Shown here piece by piece: positions 13,766 to 26,700 of a stretch of DNA of 64,000 nt; positions within the stretch are counted from its first letter, which is position 1, and every line of letters begins with the position of its first letter. The position numbers were made by a program, and so were the translations under genes. Under the pieces are notes generated by a model, which made no database searches, was not told where the DNA came from, and saw only the letters and a list, made by a program, of their open reading frames with translations. Origin of the DNA: Felis catus (lineage: Eukaryota); NCBI RefSeq assembly GCF_018350175.1, contig NC_058383.1, positions 15,874,001 through 15,938,000 on the forward strand. Reading direction: 5' to 3'.

Positions 13766-15551
13766 GGTCTCTCTTGTTTTGATGGACAATTTTGCCAGGT
13801 ATAGAATTCACATTGGGGTTTTTTTCTCTCAACACTTTAAAGACATTGTCCCATTCCCTTCTGGCCTCGAAGGTTTCTGCTAAGAAAGTGGCTGATAATA
13901 TTGTTGAGGGTCTCTGTAGGTGACAAGCCACCTTTCTCTTGCTGGTTTCCATTCCATTTTCTGTCTTCCTATGGTTTGATTTTAATGTGTCTTGCTGTGG
14001 GTCTTTTGAGGTTTCTCCTACTTGGGAATTTAAATTTTTGCTCTTTAGATTGCCTTTCTTCAAATTTGGGTAATTTTTGGCTGTTATTTCTTCATATAAT
14101 CTCTTTCTCTTTGTCTCTTCTTGTCGTGCTCTTATATGTTGATATTTGTCCTTTTGAAGACATTCCCTAAGTCCCTCAAGGTGTTTGTTTCTTCATTCTT
14201 TTTCTTATTGCTCCTCAGACAAGGTAATTTCAACTGTGCTACTTTCAAGTTTGCTGATTCTTCTGTCTGCTCAAATCTGTTGTTGACCCTTACAATGAAA
14301 TTTCCTATTATTGTTTTTCAGCTCCAAAATTTGTTTGGATCCTTTTTATAATTTCTCTTTGTTACTGTTCTCATTTTAGTGATTTACTGTTTTCCTAACT
14401 TCCTTTAGTTTTTTTGTTCACTTTAACCGCTTGAGCATATTTCAGCTATTTTAAAGCCCTTATCTAATAATTCTGATGCCTGCATTTCTTCAGGGAGGAT
14501 TCCTGCCACTTCATTTTCTTCTTCTGAATAGGCGCAGGTTATCCTGCTTCTTGTGTTTACTTTCTTTGGTAGAAAATTGGGCAGGTGAAAAACAGCCACT
14601 TCTCCCAGTCTTTGCAGACTGGGTCTGTGGCAGTGCATTCTTTTACTAATTAGTAGGATATGTTCTGAGCTTCGGGATCAAAGGAGAAAACTCAGTCTTC
14701 AGGTGTTTTAGCCTGCATCTCACCTGGGTTTGTGTACCTGTTTACAGTTCCTCCCTATACATGCTGCTTTTATGTCTTCATTTCCCAGTTTCACTCCAAT
14801 TTCTTCTTGGGGCCTCAGATTATCGATCGTGTGTCTCCACCCTCAATGTCTTGCCCCAGATGTCTGTGAATCATAGTCTTTCTATAGATGTTATGAGCAG
14901 TTCCTGCCACTTTCTGCCACGTTTCCTTTGCAGAACTCCAATTATGGGGAAAAGAAACTAGTCCTTTAGGCAGCCCCCAGACAAGTTAGAACATTGCAAG
15001 TAAGATTTGTTCTGTTCCCTTCAGTTTAAGGTGGGGGGGGGGGGATGTTGGAAAATGGGCTGCTCCCACCGCCAGACTGAGATTGCTCAGAGGTGGAGGG
15101 ACAAGGGTAAGCAAAACTTTCATGAATTTTCTTACCATTTCGAATGTAGCTTTTTCTTGACCTGACATTCACTTGGTTACTGTAGATGTGACTGTTTTCC
15201 TGAGCTCCCATAAGCTCATCTTAGCTGGCTTTTGGTTGTTTTCATGGTCTCTGTGGGAGAACGAGAGCTTCCTAGCCCTCCATTTTGTTGATGTCATTAC
15301 AGAATTTTTATTCTCAGTGCTATAGAAAGACTTCCAATTTTTGAGCTGATGATATGATGTAAAGAAAAAGTACTTTAGGATATTAAGCACAGGCAGGGTA
15401 CACAATAGATCAGAGAGGAAACAGGTTAGTATCTTGTAGGCAATATGCAGCTTGAGGCTTGACTATGTGGCCAAAATATACAGCACTGATCCTGGCACAT
15501 ACTGTGTGCTCAACAAAACTTTTGTTGAACTAGATACCCAAAATTATAGTT

Positions 15552-16022
15552 GTAAGGGTTAAATTGTAGTGTAGGGCTAATGCTTAGCTTGAAAAATAAC
15601 AGCTTTGTGTTGACACTGAAGGTTAAGAGATAACAGCCTTGCTTTGCTCTGGTAAACTACACATCATACCCTTGTAAATTAGGCTTCACCAATTAAGGAA
15701 ACAAAAGTTCAAAGAAAAGAGCGTCAGAGGCAGGGTCAAGGAGATCCACTGGTTGCAACTTAGAGGCAGAAAGTCTAAAGTAAACACCTCATTAGGCAAC
15801 TGTTTCTAACTCATCTGGAACCTGTTTCTTTGTTCTGTTCCCAGGTGATGATAAAACGATGTGATCGGTTATAAAAACTCTGTACCCCGGCTGTTCGGGG
15901 CCGCACTCTTATCAAGAGTGTTGGTCCCGATCGGTCGGCCTTGCCTCTCATTGTAATAAACTTTGTTGTGACTGTCACTGGTGCCCATAGCATTCTGTTT
16001 CAGGAGTCGTGTGGATGCAACA
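15552..16022 (+). mobile_element. Solo LTR, ERV1-class, relatively young
   Basis: TGTAAG...GCAACA termini, perfect 4-bp TSD TAGT (15548-15551, 16023-16026), TATAAAA at 15870-15876, AATAAA at 15955-15960, retained CpGs. Confidence 0.88.
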
Positions 16023-16247
16023 TAGTAGTTGTGACAAAGCACAGAATCCTTAAGGCGACCTCCTTGCATGCAGTAGACAAGGCAGTCAAAAGTAAACACA
16101 CTCCATGAGATTTCTGTATCATGCTAGTAGGTAGAATCTCAACCAGGATTGGGCATGGCAGCCCTTGTAGCATTTATAGAAAAATCCCAAATGTCTTGCA
16201 AAAAAATAAGCCACACTGAAGACCTCATGACTCCAGAACCATCTAAA

Positions 16248-16443
16248 CAAGGGATCAGCAAATAATAGCCTGTTGCCTGGTTTTGCAGTTTTACTGGAAC
16301 ACAGTCACAGTCCTCTATTTATAAATTATCCATAGCTGCTTTCATGTTGTAATATCAGAATTAAATAGCTGTGACACTAATCCTATGACCTACAAAGCCT
16401 AAAATATTATCTGCTCCTTTACAAAACAGTTTGCAGACCCCTC
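16248..16443. mobile_element. MER58A-like DNA transposon
   Basis: cagggatcagcaaa-like start...ttttactggaacacag...caaagcctaaaatatt...gtttgcagacccct, with TIR-like ends. Confidence 0.7.
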
Positions 16444-16579
16444 TTCTAAACAATACAGTGAAGTCTAAAGGGGCTAGAGGCTGCTGTAAATTATCATATT
16501 TAATAAGGGTCCAAGATGACAAATAACTAAGTAGTCCATAGGACCTGACTGATGAAACTTAGTAGTCACTTTCTTTTCA

Positions 16580-19500
16580 GGGACAGAATACTTGGAGGGA
16601 AATAGGTTTCAACAAATGGTACTAGGACAAATGGATATTCACATGCAAAAAGGTGAAGTTGGACCCCTTCTTCACACCATATATAAAAATTAACTCAAAA
16701 TGGATGAAGACCTAAATGTATAAAATTTTTAGAAGTTACAGAGTAAATACGATCTTGATTTAGGCAATGGATTCTTAGATACGATATACCCAAGTCACAG
16801 GGAACCAAAGAAAAAAGATACATCGGGCTTCATCAAAATTAAAACCTAATGTGCTTCAAAGAACACCATCAATAAAGTGAAAATAACACCAAAAAAATGA
16901 CAGAAAATAATTATATATTATATATCTGAAAGGGTTTAGTATCCAAAATATATAAAGAAATTTTGCAACTCAACAATAAAGACAACTCAATTAAAAAAGG
17001 GTTAAGTTCTCTGAAGGACTGACACTACATGACTTCAGGACTTAATACAAAGCAACAATCAATAATCAGGACAGAGTGATATTGGTGAAAGAGTACACAA
17101 ATAAATCAATGGAACAGAACAGAATAGAGGCCAGAAATAACCATACAAAGACAGTCAACTGATCTTTGACAAAGGATCGAAAGCAATTGGATGGAGAAAA
17201 GGACAGTCTTTTCAACAAATGGTGTTGGAGCAACTGGATATTCACATGCCAAAAAAAAAAAAAGTTGACACAGACCTCACATCTTTTGCAAACATTCACT
17301 CAAAACGAATCAGACCTAAATGTGAAATACAAAGCTATAAACCTCCAAAACATAACATAGGAGAAAATCTAGGTGACTTCATGATGACAACCTAGGCTTC
17401 ATAACTTTTTAGTTACAACATCAAAACCATGATCCATGAAAGAAAAGGACAGGTTGGACTTCATTAAAATTAAAAACTTTTGTTCTGTAAAAGGCTGTTA
17501 AGAGAATAAAAAGACAAGTCATGGACTGGGAGAAAATATTTGCAAAATATTTATCTGATAAAGGTCTAGTATACAAAATACATTTTATTTATTTATTTTT
17601 AAAAATTTTTTTTCAATGTTTATTTATTTTGAAGGAGAGAGAGACAGAGTGTGAGTGAGGGAGGGGCAGAGAGAGAGACACAGAATCTGAAGCAGGCCCC
17701 AGGCTCCAAGCTGTCAGCAGAGCCCAACATGGGGCTCGAACTCACAAACCGCGAGATCATGACCTGAGCTGAAGTTGGATGCTCAACCAACTGAGCCACC
17801 CAGGCACCCCTACAAAATATATTTTAAAAACCACTTAAATTTCAACAAAAAGAGAACAACCTAATTTAAAAATGGGCAAGAGATCATCCGGGTTGGCTCA
17901 GTCGGTTAAGCTTCTGACTTTGACTCACATCATCATCTCACAGCTCATGGGTTCGAGCTCCACATCAGGCTCTGTGCTGACAGCTCAGAGCCTGAAGCCT
18001 GCTTCAGATTGTCTCCCTCTCTCTTTCTGCCTCTACCCTACTTGTGCCCTCTCTCAAAAATGAATAAACATTGAAAAAAAAAAGTGGGCAAGAGATCTGG
18101 ACATCTCCTCAAAAAAGATATACAGATGACAAATAAACTTATAAAAATATGAATGTTATATGCCTTTCGGGAACTGCAATTTAAAACAATGTGATACCAC
18201 TACGGATTAGAATGGCCAAAATTTAAAACACAGATACCACCAAATTCTGGTGAGGACATGAACAAAAAGAACTCTCATTCACTGCTGCAAAATGGTACAG
18301 TCACTTTGTAAGACAGTAAGGCAGTTTCTCACAAAACTAAACATACTCTTACCCTATGATCCAGCTATTATGTTCCTTGGTATTTACGAAAATGAGCTGA
18401 AAACTTCTGCCACACAAATGTGGACACAAATGTTTATAGCAGCTTTTTCGGATAATTACCAAAACCCAGAAGAAATTAAGATGACTTTTAAGTTTATTTA
18501 TTGACAGAAAGCAAGGGTGGGTGGGGGAGGGGTAGAGGGAGACAGAGAGAATCCCAAGCAGGCTCTCTGCTGTCAGCACAGAGCCCAACACAGGGCTCCA
18601 TCCCATGAACCGAGAGGCCACAATCTATGCCGAAATCAACAGACAGACACTTACCGCCTGAGGCACCCAGGCACCCCAGGTTGACCTTCAGTAGGTGAAA
18701 CAGTAAACAAACTGGTACATCTAGACAATGGAATAGTATTCAATAATAAAAAGAAATGAGCTATCATGCTATGAAATGACATGGAGTAACCCTAAACACC
18801 TACTGCCAAGTGAAAAATCCAATCTGTAAAGGCCACATCCTCTATGGTTCCAACTATATGACATTCTGAAAAAGGCAAAACTATGGGGACGGTAAAAATA
18901 CCAGTGATTGTAAGGGATTTGGGGAAAGGGAGGAAATGAACAGTGGAGCACAAGGTGTTTTCAGAAAATATTCAGATAATAGCATAATAGATTTTTGTAC
19001 TTGTCAAAACCCAGTCTATGCGTGCACTCCTGCACTCTCTACTGTACAACACAAAGAATGAACCCTAATGTAAACTAGGGACTTTATGTAGTAAAAGTAG
19101 ATCAACATTGGCTCATCAATTTAATGAACATACCATACTAATGCAGATGTTAATAGGGGAAGCTGTTGGGGGGGGGGCAAGGAGGGCAAGGGGCTATATG
19201 GGAATTCTTTGTACTTTCTGCTCAATTTCACTGTGAATCTAAAACTCCTTGAAAAAATAATGTTTTTTCTTAAGTGCAAAGGCTTTCAATAGGCATTTCT
19301 TCAAAGAATATATAAATATCCACAAGTAAGGACATGAAAAGATAGATACTCAACTTTAATAGCCATTAGGGAATTACAGATTGAAACCACACTGAGACAG
19401 CACTTCACAACCACTAGGATGGTTATAATCAATACAAGGGACAAAAACAAGACAGAGATTGGATTCCATCATGCACCGCTGGTAGAAACATGGTATGGTG

Positions 19501-19985
19501 CAGGTGCTATGGAAAACAGTGTGGCAATTCATCAAACAGTTAAACGGAGTTATCATATGACCTAACAATTCCACTTTTAGGTATATGCAAGAGAGAGGGG
19601 AACGTAGGTCAACAAAAATTTGTTCACAACAGCATATTCATAACAGCCAGAGTAGAAACAACCCAAATATCCACCAACTGATGAATGGATAAAAAATGGT
19701 GTATCCATTCAACAAACCATTATTCCACCATAAAAAGGAATGGCACAACATAGCTGAACCTTGAAAATATGCTAAACGAAAGAAGTCAGATTTAATTTAT
19801 ATGGAATGACCAGAATAGGCAAATATATAGTAGAAAGATTAGTGGTTGTCAGGGGGCTATGGGGAAATGTAAATGAAAAGTGACTGCTAGTGGGTATGGG
19901 GCTCCTTTTGGAAAAGATTCTGGAATTAGGCAGGAGCGATAGTTGCACAACCTTGTGATATACTCAAAACCCCTGAATTTAAAAA
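16580..19985 (+). mobile_element. Nested old L1 3' regions (L1MB-like host with an L1MC/MD-like insert at ~17020-19260), interrupted by SINEs
   Basis: Two copies of ORF2 motifs ([20 protein letters not shown] 17166..17360) and two different 3' UTR types. Confidence 0.75.
17600..18677. repeat. Three CanSINEs (17600-17810 minus, 17885-18083 plus, 18487-18677 minus)
   Basis: SINE heads and tails with flanking duplications (tacaaaata.atttta; aaa.tgggcaagagatc). Confidence 0.85.
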
Positions 19986-20834
19986 CATATACAAAAGGAT
20001 ATCTAGGCAGTTTTACTTCCTTTTATCCCCTTTATTCATTGTATAATTAAATAAGGTTGATAATTTTTTTCAGAGTATGTGATGTGCTTTACAATTTACT
20101 GATCCATTTACACAAATGATCCATTTGTGGAAATGATCCATTTACACAAATGGGTGTTAAATTTAGTTTCAGGGAGAAAATAATTTAGTAAAGAATATCT
20201 GGAGCATTAATTTACTCACCTCTCACTAGGCTATAACCTCTTGAGAAATGGTATAGTCACACAATGATTACTTAGGGAAATGGTACCCATTACTTTAGGA
20301 ATAAATGGGAAGTCCTCAGAGGGGACAATGCATCATACTGCAACATTTAAGCAAAAGGGGGCAAGAGAAGTATTTGGGTAAACCTGTAACTGGGAGTCAA
20401 TTTTTCAAAAGCTCAGAAGTATCTTGATAGATAACTAAAACATCTTCCTGGGTCAAAAACTAGGGTTTTCCCCTCAAAAACAAATAAAACAAAACTAAGA
20501 GCCTAGGAAAGTCTGGAATAACAAAGGAAGACAGATTGAACTAAAAATCATGTGCCTGTTCCAGTTGCCCTCAGAGCTGCCTCTCCTTGGGTGACTGGAC
20601 TGGGTGTCAGCCTCTGTTTGGGACATAATTCAACTGTCAAGTACACATTCAGAAATTTTCAGAGGCCAATAAACAATAAACAAATGGACATACTTTTTTT
20701 TTAAGAATAAAACTGTCACATGGTCAAAAACTAAAACCACACAGAAAGATATAAAATGGAAAGTAAAATTCCCAGACTCCCCAGCTCTCCTTCCTAGATG
20801 TGATCCTGGTTAAGTTTTGTACGTAAATTATCTT

Positions 20835-21563
20835 TTTTTTTTTTTTTTGTGGGGGGGGTGGGGGGCAGGGGGCGGACAGATGCCTTTTATTGGTCTAACC
20901 AGCATAACTAATAGGTTTGGGCAGAGCTCCCCTATCTGTCCTGGCTCCCATCTTGCCTCTCCTGGGAGTTCGTGACTCACCCACAGGGGAGAAGAGTATC
21001 CTGGGCAAGGGTGGCAGGCAAAGCCAGGATCGGAAAGGGGATCAGGGTGAAGTAGAAAGCATAGGGCCACCAGATCATTCAAATAAGAAGTCCATCAGGG
21101 CAGAAGAGAGGATGTTTGCCCACACGGGCCCTTCTGCCCTGGCGAGGAATGGAAGGGGGCAGGAAGCTTCCACTAGAGGTTTCCTACTGTGCCCTTCGCG
21201 CCATCAGCATCTCCCAGATGTTGTCCTCAGCTTCCTTCACACTTCGCTCCAGGTAGGATTTTTTCTGTCCCAATTCTTTAATTTTTTCTTCTGCTATTTT
21301 CTATTTCTCTAGCAGTTGATTGTGAATTACCTCCCTGGACTGAAGAATAAACATTCTTCCTACACCTTCATACATGTTAGTCTCCTCTATCAAAGTCATA
21401 ATCTCTGTACCTGTAAGATGTGCATGCTTTTTCGTTCTGTCTAGCTGTTCAATCCGTATGTCTGCAAGCCTCACCTGCTGAGTGTCAATAACTTTGGCTT
21501 GAAGCTCTGTGAAGGCCTTCTTCAATTCCAGATCCACAGGAGCCACCATCTTGGTCCACTCCA
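20835..21563 (-). pseudogene. PFDN1: Processed pseudogene of prefoldin subunit 1 (PFDN1); CDS remnant 21184-21549 with premature TAG at 21301-21303
   Basis: Intronless MVAPVDLELKKAFTELQAKVIDTQQ-VRLADI...NQLLEK*KIAEEKIKELGQKKSYLERSVKEAEDNIWEMLMARRAQ*. It has a 3' UTR, AATAAA near 20886-20891 and a poly(A) run at 20833-20848. An 11-bp TSD taaattatctt lies at 20824-20834 and 21564-21574, at a TT|AAGA L1 endonuclease-like site. Confidence 0.95.
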
Positions 21564-21678
21564 TAAATTATCTTAATTCTTAAATGTTGTTAATGTGACA
21601 GGAATATTATACAGAATACGTTTCCTATAAAGGTTAAGCCTTCCAGAGCCTGCCTGGCTTTATCAAAAACTGAGGTTT

Positions 21679-21909
21679 GGGGCGCCTGGGTGGCTCAGTC
21701 GGTTGAGCGGCCAGCTTCGGCTCAGGTCATGATCTCGCGGTCCGTGAGTTCGAGCCCCGCGTCGGGCTCTGTGCTGACAGCTCAGAGCCTGGAGCTTGTT
21801 TCAGACTCTGTGTCTCCCTCTCTCTGACCCTCCCCCGTTCATGCTCTGTCTCTCTCTGTCTCAAAAATAAATAAACGTTAAAAAAAAAAAAATTTTAAAA
21901 AAAACAAAA
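21679..21909 (+). repeat. Young SINEC_Fc
   Basis: CpG-rich; TSD aaaaactgaggtt at 21665-21677 and 21910-21922. Confidence 0.93.
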
Positions 21910-22096
21910 AAAAACTGAGGTTAAATTCAGGCCCCAAATACAGAAATGTAAAATTTTCCTGCAATCTAAAATAGAATTTAGACCTAAATAGATTTTTTTT
22001 AACAAAAAAATCACACATTTTAGCTTTCAAGTCAGATTTCACTTTCTATCCATGGCAAAACAAACTCTTAAGAGATTTACAAAAATACCAAAAATT

Positions 22097-23603
22097 GGTG
22101 GTCACTTGGAAACAATTTATTATTAATTAGGTTAATCCATTTAAAAAAATACATCAAACACACTCACAGTTAAAATGAAACAGTGGCATGGGTACCCATG
22201 TGATGCCTTGACAAGAAAAATCAACAATTCCTGGTGAAATTCCCAATACAGACAAGAGACTTCAATATAAATGCCCTGTGAATTCCAGTTTTGCCTGTAA
22301 ACACATCTCAGGTGATTCTCAGATGATAAGGTTAAGAAAGACATGAGTGCAACTGGCAGGGGTGGTAGGGAGGTTGACACAACCTGGAAATTGCAAGGGG
22401 GTGGGAAGTCATCCAGTTAACAGCAGCACTGAAAATATGTAATCTCACAACAAAATAAGTACCAATCTGGAAAATTAACGTCTGTGGGCATTTTCTTCCC
22501 CAAGTCAGGAGCAGAGCGAATGTGGAAAATTAATTTTCAGCAACATTCCTAGGATTAGGGCAACCACACATCTGGAGCTACTGAACTCTCCAAAGCCTCA
22601 GTATCAATAAGTTCTTCACATGGTAATTATCCTAATATTTTAAATTAAAAAACTGATACACCCTTGCAACAGCTAAAAATTCAAATTCTTAGGGACCAAC
22701 CTCCGGTTTCTCCATATTTTATCCATGAAGAGCTATATAACTGACCCCTTTCAAAAGATGCAGACAATTTGCCCATCATGCAAATGAAGTTCACCCAGAC
22801 TTGACACAAAGGTGTCTACTCAGGGCTCCTGTCTCAGGGCAGGAAACCGAAGGTCATTAGAAAGGCGGCCAATGCTGTTCTTCTGCTGAGCTGTCATTCA
22901 GTCTGGAGTGCCGCTTTTTAACTGGAATGGGCCGGTCGGTACCCTAACATTTAAGACTGAATAGTGTGAGCTGGTAAACACCACCCCTGCCAGCAAAGGA
23001 AACAAGCCTTCAGACCCGATCAAGGGTTGGCCAGGCTGTTCTCTTATCTCCAATGTTCTCGAGGAAAAGATTCCTCTGAGGTAAGCCAAATTCAGTGGCT
23101 CATTTTAACCTAAAGCAACTATCTGCTGCTCTGGGAGTTTCTAGTCATCTTACGGGATTCTCTTAACTCTGCTCTCATCCCAACAGTGCTCAGAGCCCCT
23201 GCTTGGGAAGCTCCTAGGGAAGCAGATGAAACTAATTAGGACACAGCCCATCAAAGGCAACACAAGTACTTTACCAGCTGTGTATGGGGGCCTTCCCACA
23301 ACTGTGGCAAAGGCCACAGAAGAAATATTTTGACCACAGAGGGTTCCACAGTCATTGTCCTCTTTGGCTCTGTCCTCCTCTCTTTAGCTCTCTGCCCTGA
23401 CAACCTCAGCCTGTCTTCACCATGTTTCATCTCCCAGAGGCACAAGTACTTCTTTTTAGCTTATTTTTGTGATTTATCCAACTAACCATGAAATCAGGCC
23501 TGCTGGGATAGAGGGTACAACCAAATGAACAATCCTCTGAATGTCTGGGAAATGGCTGCTGGGCCTTTCGGCTTCATGAGGTGGATGGGCCAGCTGTGCT
23601 CCT
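22097..23603 (-). other. CRCP: Probable CRCP 3' UTR (~1.5 kb)
   Basis: Largely repeat-free sequence after the stop codon, ending near AATAAA at 22116-22121 with a T-rich downstream element; the 3' end is inferred. Confidence 0.6.
22116..22121 (-). terminator. Candidate CRCP polyadenylation signal AATAAA
   Basis: Plus-strand tttatt; minus-strand downstream sequence caatttttggtattttt is U/GU-rich. Confidence 0.6.
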
Positions 23604-23750
23604 CTATGCTGGGTCCTCTTCATCCATTGTCACGTCATCCGTATTTTTCTTCTGTTCAGCCTCTGGCCCCGCAGGCAGAATGCTTGTGACGGTGTGGAGG
23701 AGGGCTTCGATCTGCTCCTCCGTGAGCCGTTCTTCACTCTCTTCTACTAT
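23604..23750 (-). CDS. CRCP: CRCP last coding exon (147 bp incl. TAG): IVEESEERLTEEQIEALLHTVTSILPAGPEAEQKKNTDDVTMDEEDPA*
   Basis: ttttcttctgcag|ATA GTA GAA ...; stop TAG at 23604-23606 (end of ORF 23604..23969). With an 8-nt exon 1 the CDS totals 444 nt, i.e. 147 aa. Confidence 0.97.
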   Translation of the reverse strand: MVEESEERLTEEQIEALLHTVTSILPAGPEAEQKKNTDDVTMDEEDPA

Positions 23751-26700
23751 CTGCAGAAGAAAAGAAAACCTCCAGGGGTTATTTATGGAGGAGCTGCACA
23801 GGCGGGGTCCACTCCTGCCCTCCTCCACCGATGCTGTTCCCAGTCTGCTGGCCTCTGGCACACACAGCTCTAGGCCTGGCTCCTGAGCCCCCCTCACGTC
23901 TCCAGGTCCTCTCCACCCTGGCTCCAACAGAGGGGAGAAGCCAGATCCAATTCCCATTTGATGGCTCAAAATGGGTCAATGTAAAAAGTAAGTTGCAGGT
24001 TAGCATTTTTCTTCAAAGAAACAGAAAACCCTAACAGTTCTCTACCCATATACATGCACACATGAATATGTTGTATGTGCAAAGAAAACACACCCCTGGG
24101 GAGTGAAACGGCACTTTATATACTTTTGTATTTCACAATAAGCACAGCTGTGACTTATGAATTGTATCAACAACTCATTTGATGATTGCCCACTGTGTGC
24201 CAAATGGTTTATCTATTTTTTCTCATCCCCACTCCCACCACCACTAACAGCTCTTTAGGGAGCTCATGTGCCTGGTGCTGCACATAGTACTTCAGATCTG
24301 TTATTACTTTCAGCCTTCATGACAATATGGCAAAGGGCAGAATGAGAGCCCCACGCTGGGCCTCCCCAACACGAACACCTACAATCAATCAAGCACACAC
24401 CACGTGGTCCTGGTCATCTCCTGGAATGTGGAACAACAGTCTGATGAGTGACGGCTGGGAAACAATCCCCCGCTGCTCCACTAAAGGTCCACTTAAAGCC
24501 CAGTTTGACGTGTCCCGGAAATCTACACACAGATGGTCCACAATTCTGAGCCAGTTTTATTAGCCTCCCCTCTAGTTCTCAATATATTAATGAATGATAT
24601 TAATGAATACAAACATAGTCAACAGTGTTTTTAACAGCAATACATAGGCAGTCTTAACCATATTCACATAGTGGCACTAGCTGTCAATCACAAACAGCTA
24701 AAGGTATCCAGGGTTCTGTTCTGTGGCATTTCGCCACAGCAATCTCTGAAATTTGGCAACTAAGACCAAGAGGAATTCAAGAAAGAAATCCTAGCAGATT
24801 TAAGTAAAGCAAGATGACCGGCAGGGCTTACAATCCTGAAAAGGATTTCGGTCTGACTGCCGGACTTTGTTGACAACAGTACAGAAGCTAATAAACCCAG
24901 GTGATGTGTCCAAGATCATACTACAAACTCCTGGAAAAACATCATTGTTTCTATAATGCTTCTATAACTAGAGAATAGTCCTGGGTGTTCTAGGGTGGAG
25001 AAGATCCTGAGTGAACCAATGGGGCTACTTCCCATCATGCTGTGAAATAAAATGACCATTTCCTAAAGATTAAAAGGCTCTGTAAAATGTAACCTCTACT
25101 GAACAAGAAACAATCCCCAGAATCCCATTTTTTAAACCAGACATGCAAAATTAGGATATGAAAGGAAATAATCTAACATAGACTGTCTCCAAAATATGAA
25201 GGAGGAAGAAACGGGATATATCGGATTTGATTATTCAATTCTAAGAAAAGATGATCTCCAGCTGAGAGAAGAATGTCTCCAAATTTATAAATTAGTGTAG
25301 GTAGTTAATTATGAACTGCTTCCTGCCTCAGGGGAATGGGAAAGAGGATTTAGACTAGTCTCAGAACAGGGACAGCCTCCCACCAGTATTTGTACAGGGC
25401 CTTTCCCAGAATCACTGCCACCAGAGCTTCTCAAACATGTAGTCCATAAAGTCAGGACAATTTACAGATGAGTAAGTAGAGGCTTAGCATTATAAACAAA
25501 ACCTGATCTGGGTCTCACAGTAAATAGTGCAAGGTCTTTTGACTTTGAATTCCACCTCTTTCTGGAACACCATGCCCTCCAGTAGGAGGTTTCTATCATT
25601 TCCTCTCTCAGAGATGCAAACTAGAATACACTGGTTTGAGTTTAGTTTTAGTTATATGACCTCTGAGAGGCCTTCATCTTTAGAAAACCAAAGAGAGAAG
25701 ACTTGAACAAGGCACCTTCTTACGTCCCTGTCTCTGGATTTGGCAGATACAACAATGATCGGGTATCTACTAGGCGTGTTCATGACAACAGGGCTAATGA
25801 GCTTTCAAATTTTGCCAAGTTTGCCAACAGTAGAAGCTTTCATCAGCACACAAACCCTCAGGGTCAGGAACTTTCCTTTTCAAACCAAGATTCCTAGTCA
25901 CAGGAAGAAAACCTAAACTTCATTAAGCAAAATGAAATACATATACACAAAAAAGAAACTTGCAGACACCAAAAATTTACTAAGCCTTCTTGGATCACTA
26001 AGGTAAAATGCTATTAACTGTATTACTCCTCACCTTTTCTTCCCAACACAGAAGAAACTGAGCCCAAATAAAGAAATACAAAGCACGATCTCAATATTCT
26101 CAAACACTCAAGGTTTCAAATCGTTCGGAATATAAAGGCAAAAGAAATGTCAAAAACCAAAGTATTTGCAGATGGGTCAGCAATAAATTTTTATCACAGA
26201 CAAAGACCATATCAATTCCCTAGGGGCTGTCAAACTGGGCTGCTATACTCCAAAAATGGTTGTTTCTCATTCTAAGCTGCCAAGTCTAACTTCCTACTTT
26301 CCCCAAAACAACTAAAATCTAGTAACTACAGATACTTCTAGCTCTTTGACCCAGAAAAGTTCACTTAACCTCTGTAAATTTCAATTATTCTCTAATGTGA
26401 AGTGAAAGTAACACCAACAGTAAGGACTAAAAGAGAATATATATTTCAGTGTTTCATAAGCCATAAAATTTTATATATTCCAAAACATTTTATAATCCCT
26501 ACCTTGTAACAGACTTATATGATAGTGTTGTTCAGGATAGTGGCCTATGAGGTCACGGGGTTCGCTGTCCTGTCTTCAGTCTAGAGAGCTCACAAACTGC
26601 CCTGAATAAATGTACACACCAGGGCATGGCAGAAATCACAGAAGCTGGTGGCTTCCTCATTTCCTCCCAGACAGGTCTGTGGATCTGAGGATCACAACAA

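Larger units (their letters stand above)
8625..15300 (-). mobile_element. Old L1M element (5' UTR, ORF1, start of ORF2, 3' end; most of ORF2 missing) with nested L1s and SINEs
   Basis: ORF1 peptide LSATFLAETFEARREWDNVFKVLREKN (ORF 13749..14063), EN-region remnants at 9150-9460 and 10410-10800, L1MB-type 3' UTR at 8625-8930. Confidence 0.7.

Noticed and set aside
20100..20152. CRISPR-like repeat array
   Set aside because: Mammalian DNA; three abutting 17-bp units with no spacers.
1..20800. Exons of a neighbouring gene downstream of CRCP (TPST1 in human synteny)
   Set aside because: The region is mostly L1/SINE/LTR; no CpG island or recognisable exon was found.
21679..21760. tRNA genes suggested by A-box/B-box motifs (here and in other copies)
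   Set aside because: These are the tRNA-derived heads of CanSINEs, followed by (CT)n linkers, A tails and TSDs.
23751..23969. N-terminal part of the 121-aa ORF 23604..23969
   Set aside because: It lies upstream of a strong splice acceptor (ttttcttctgcag at 23751); only 23604-23750 matches CRCP.
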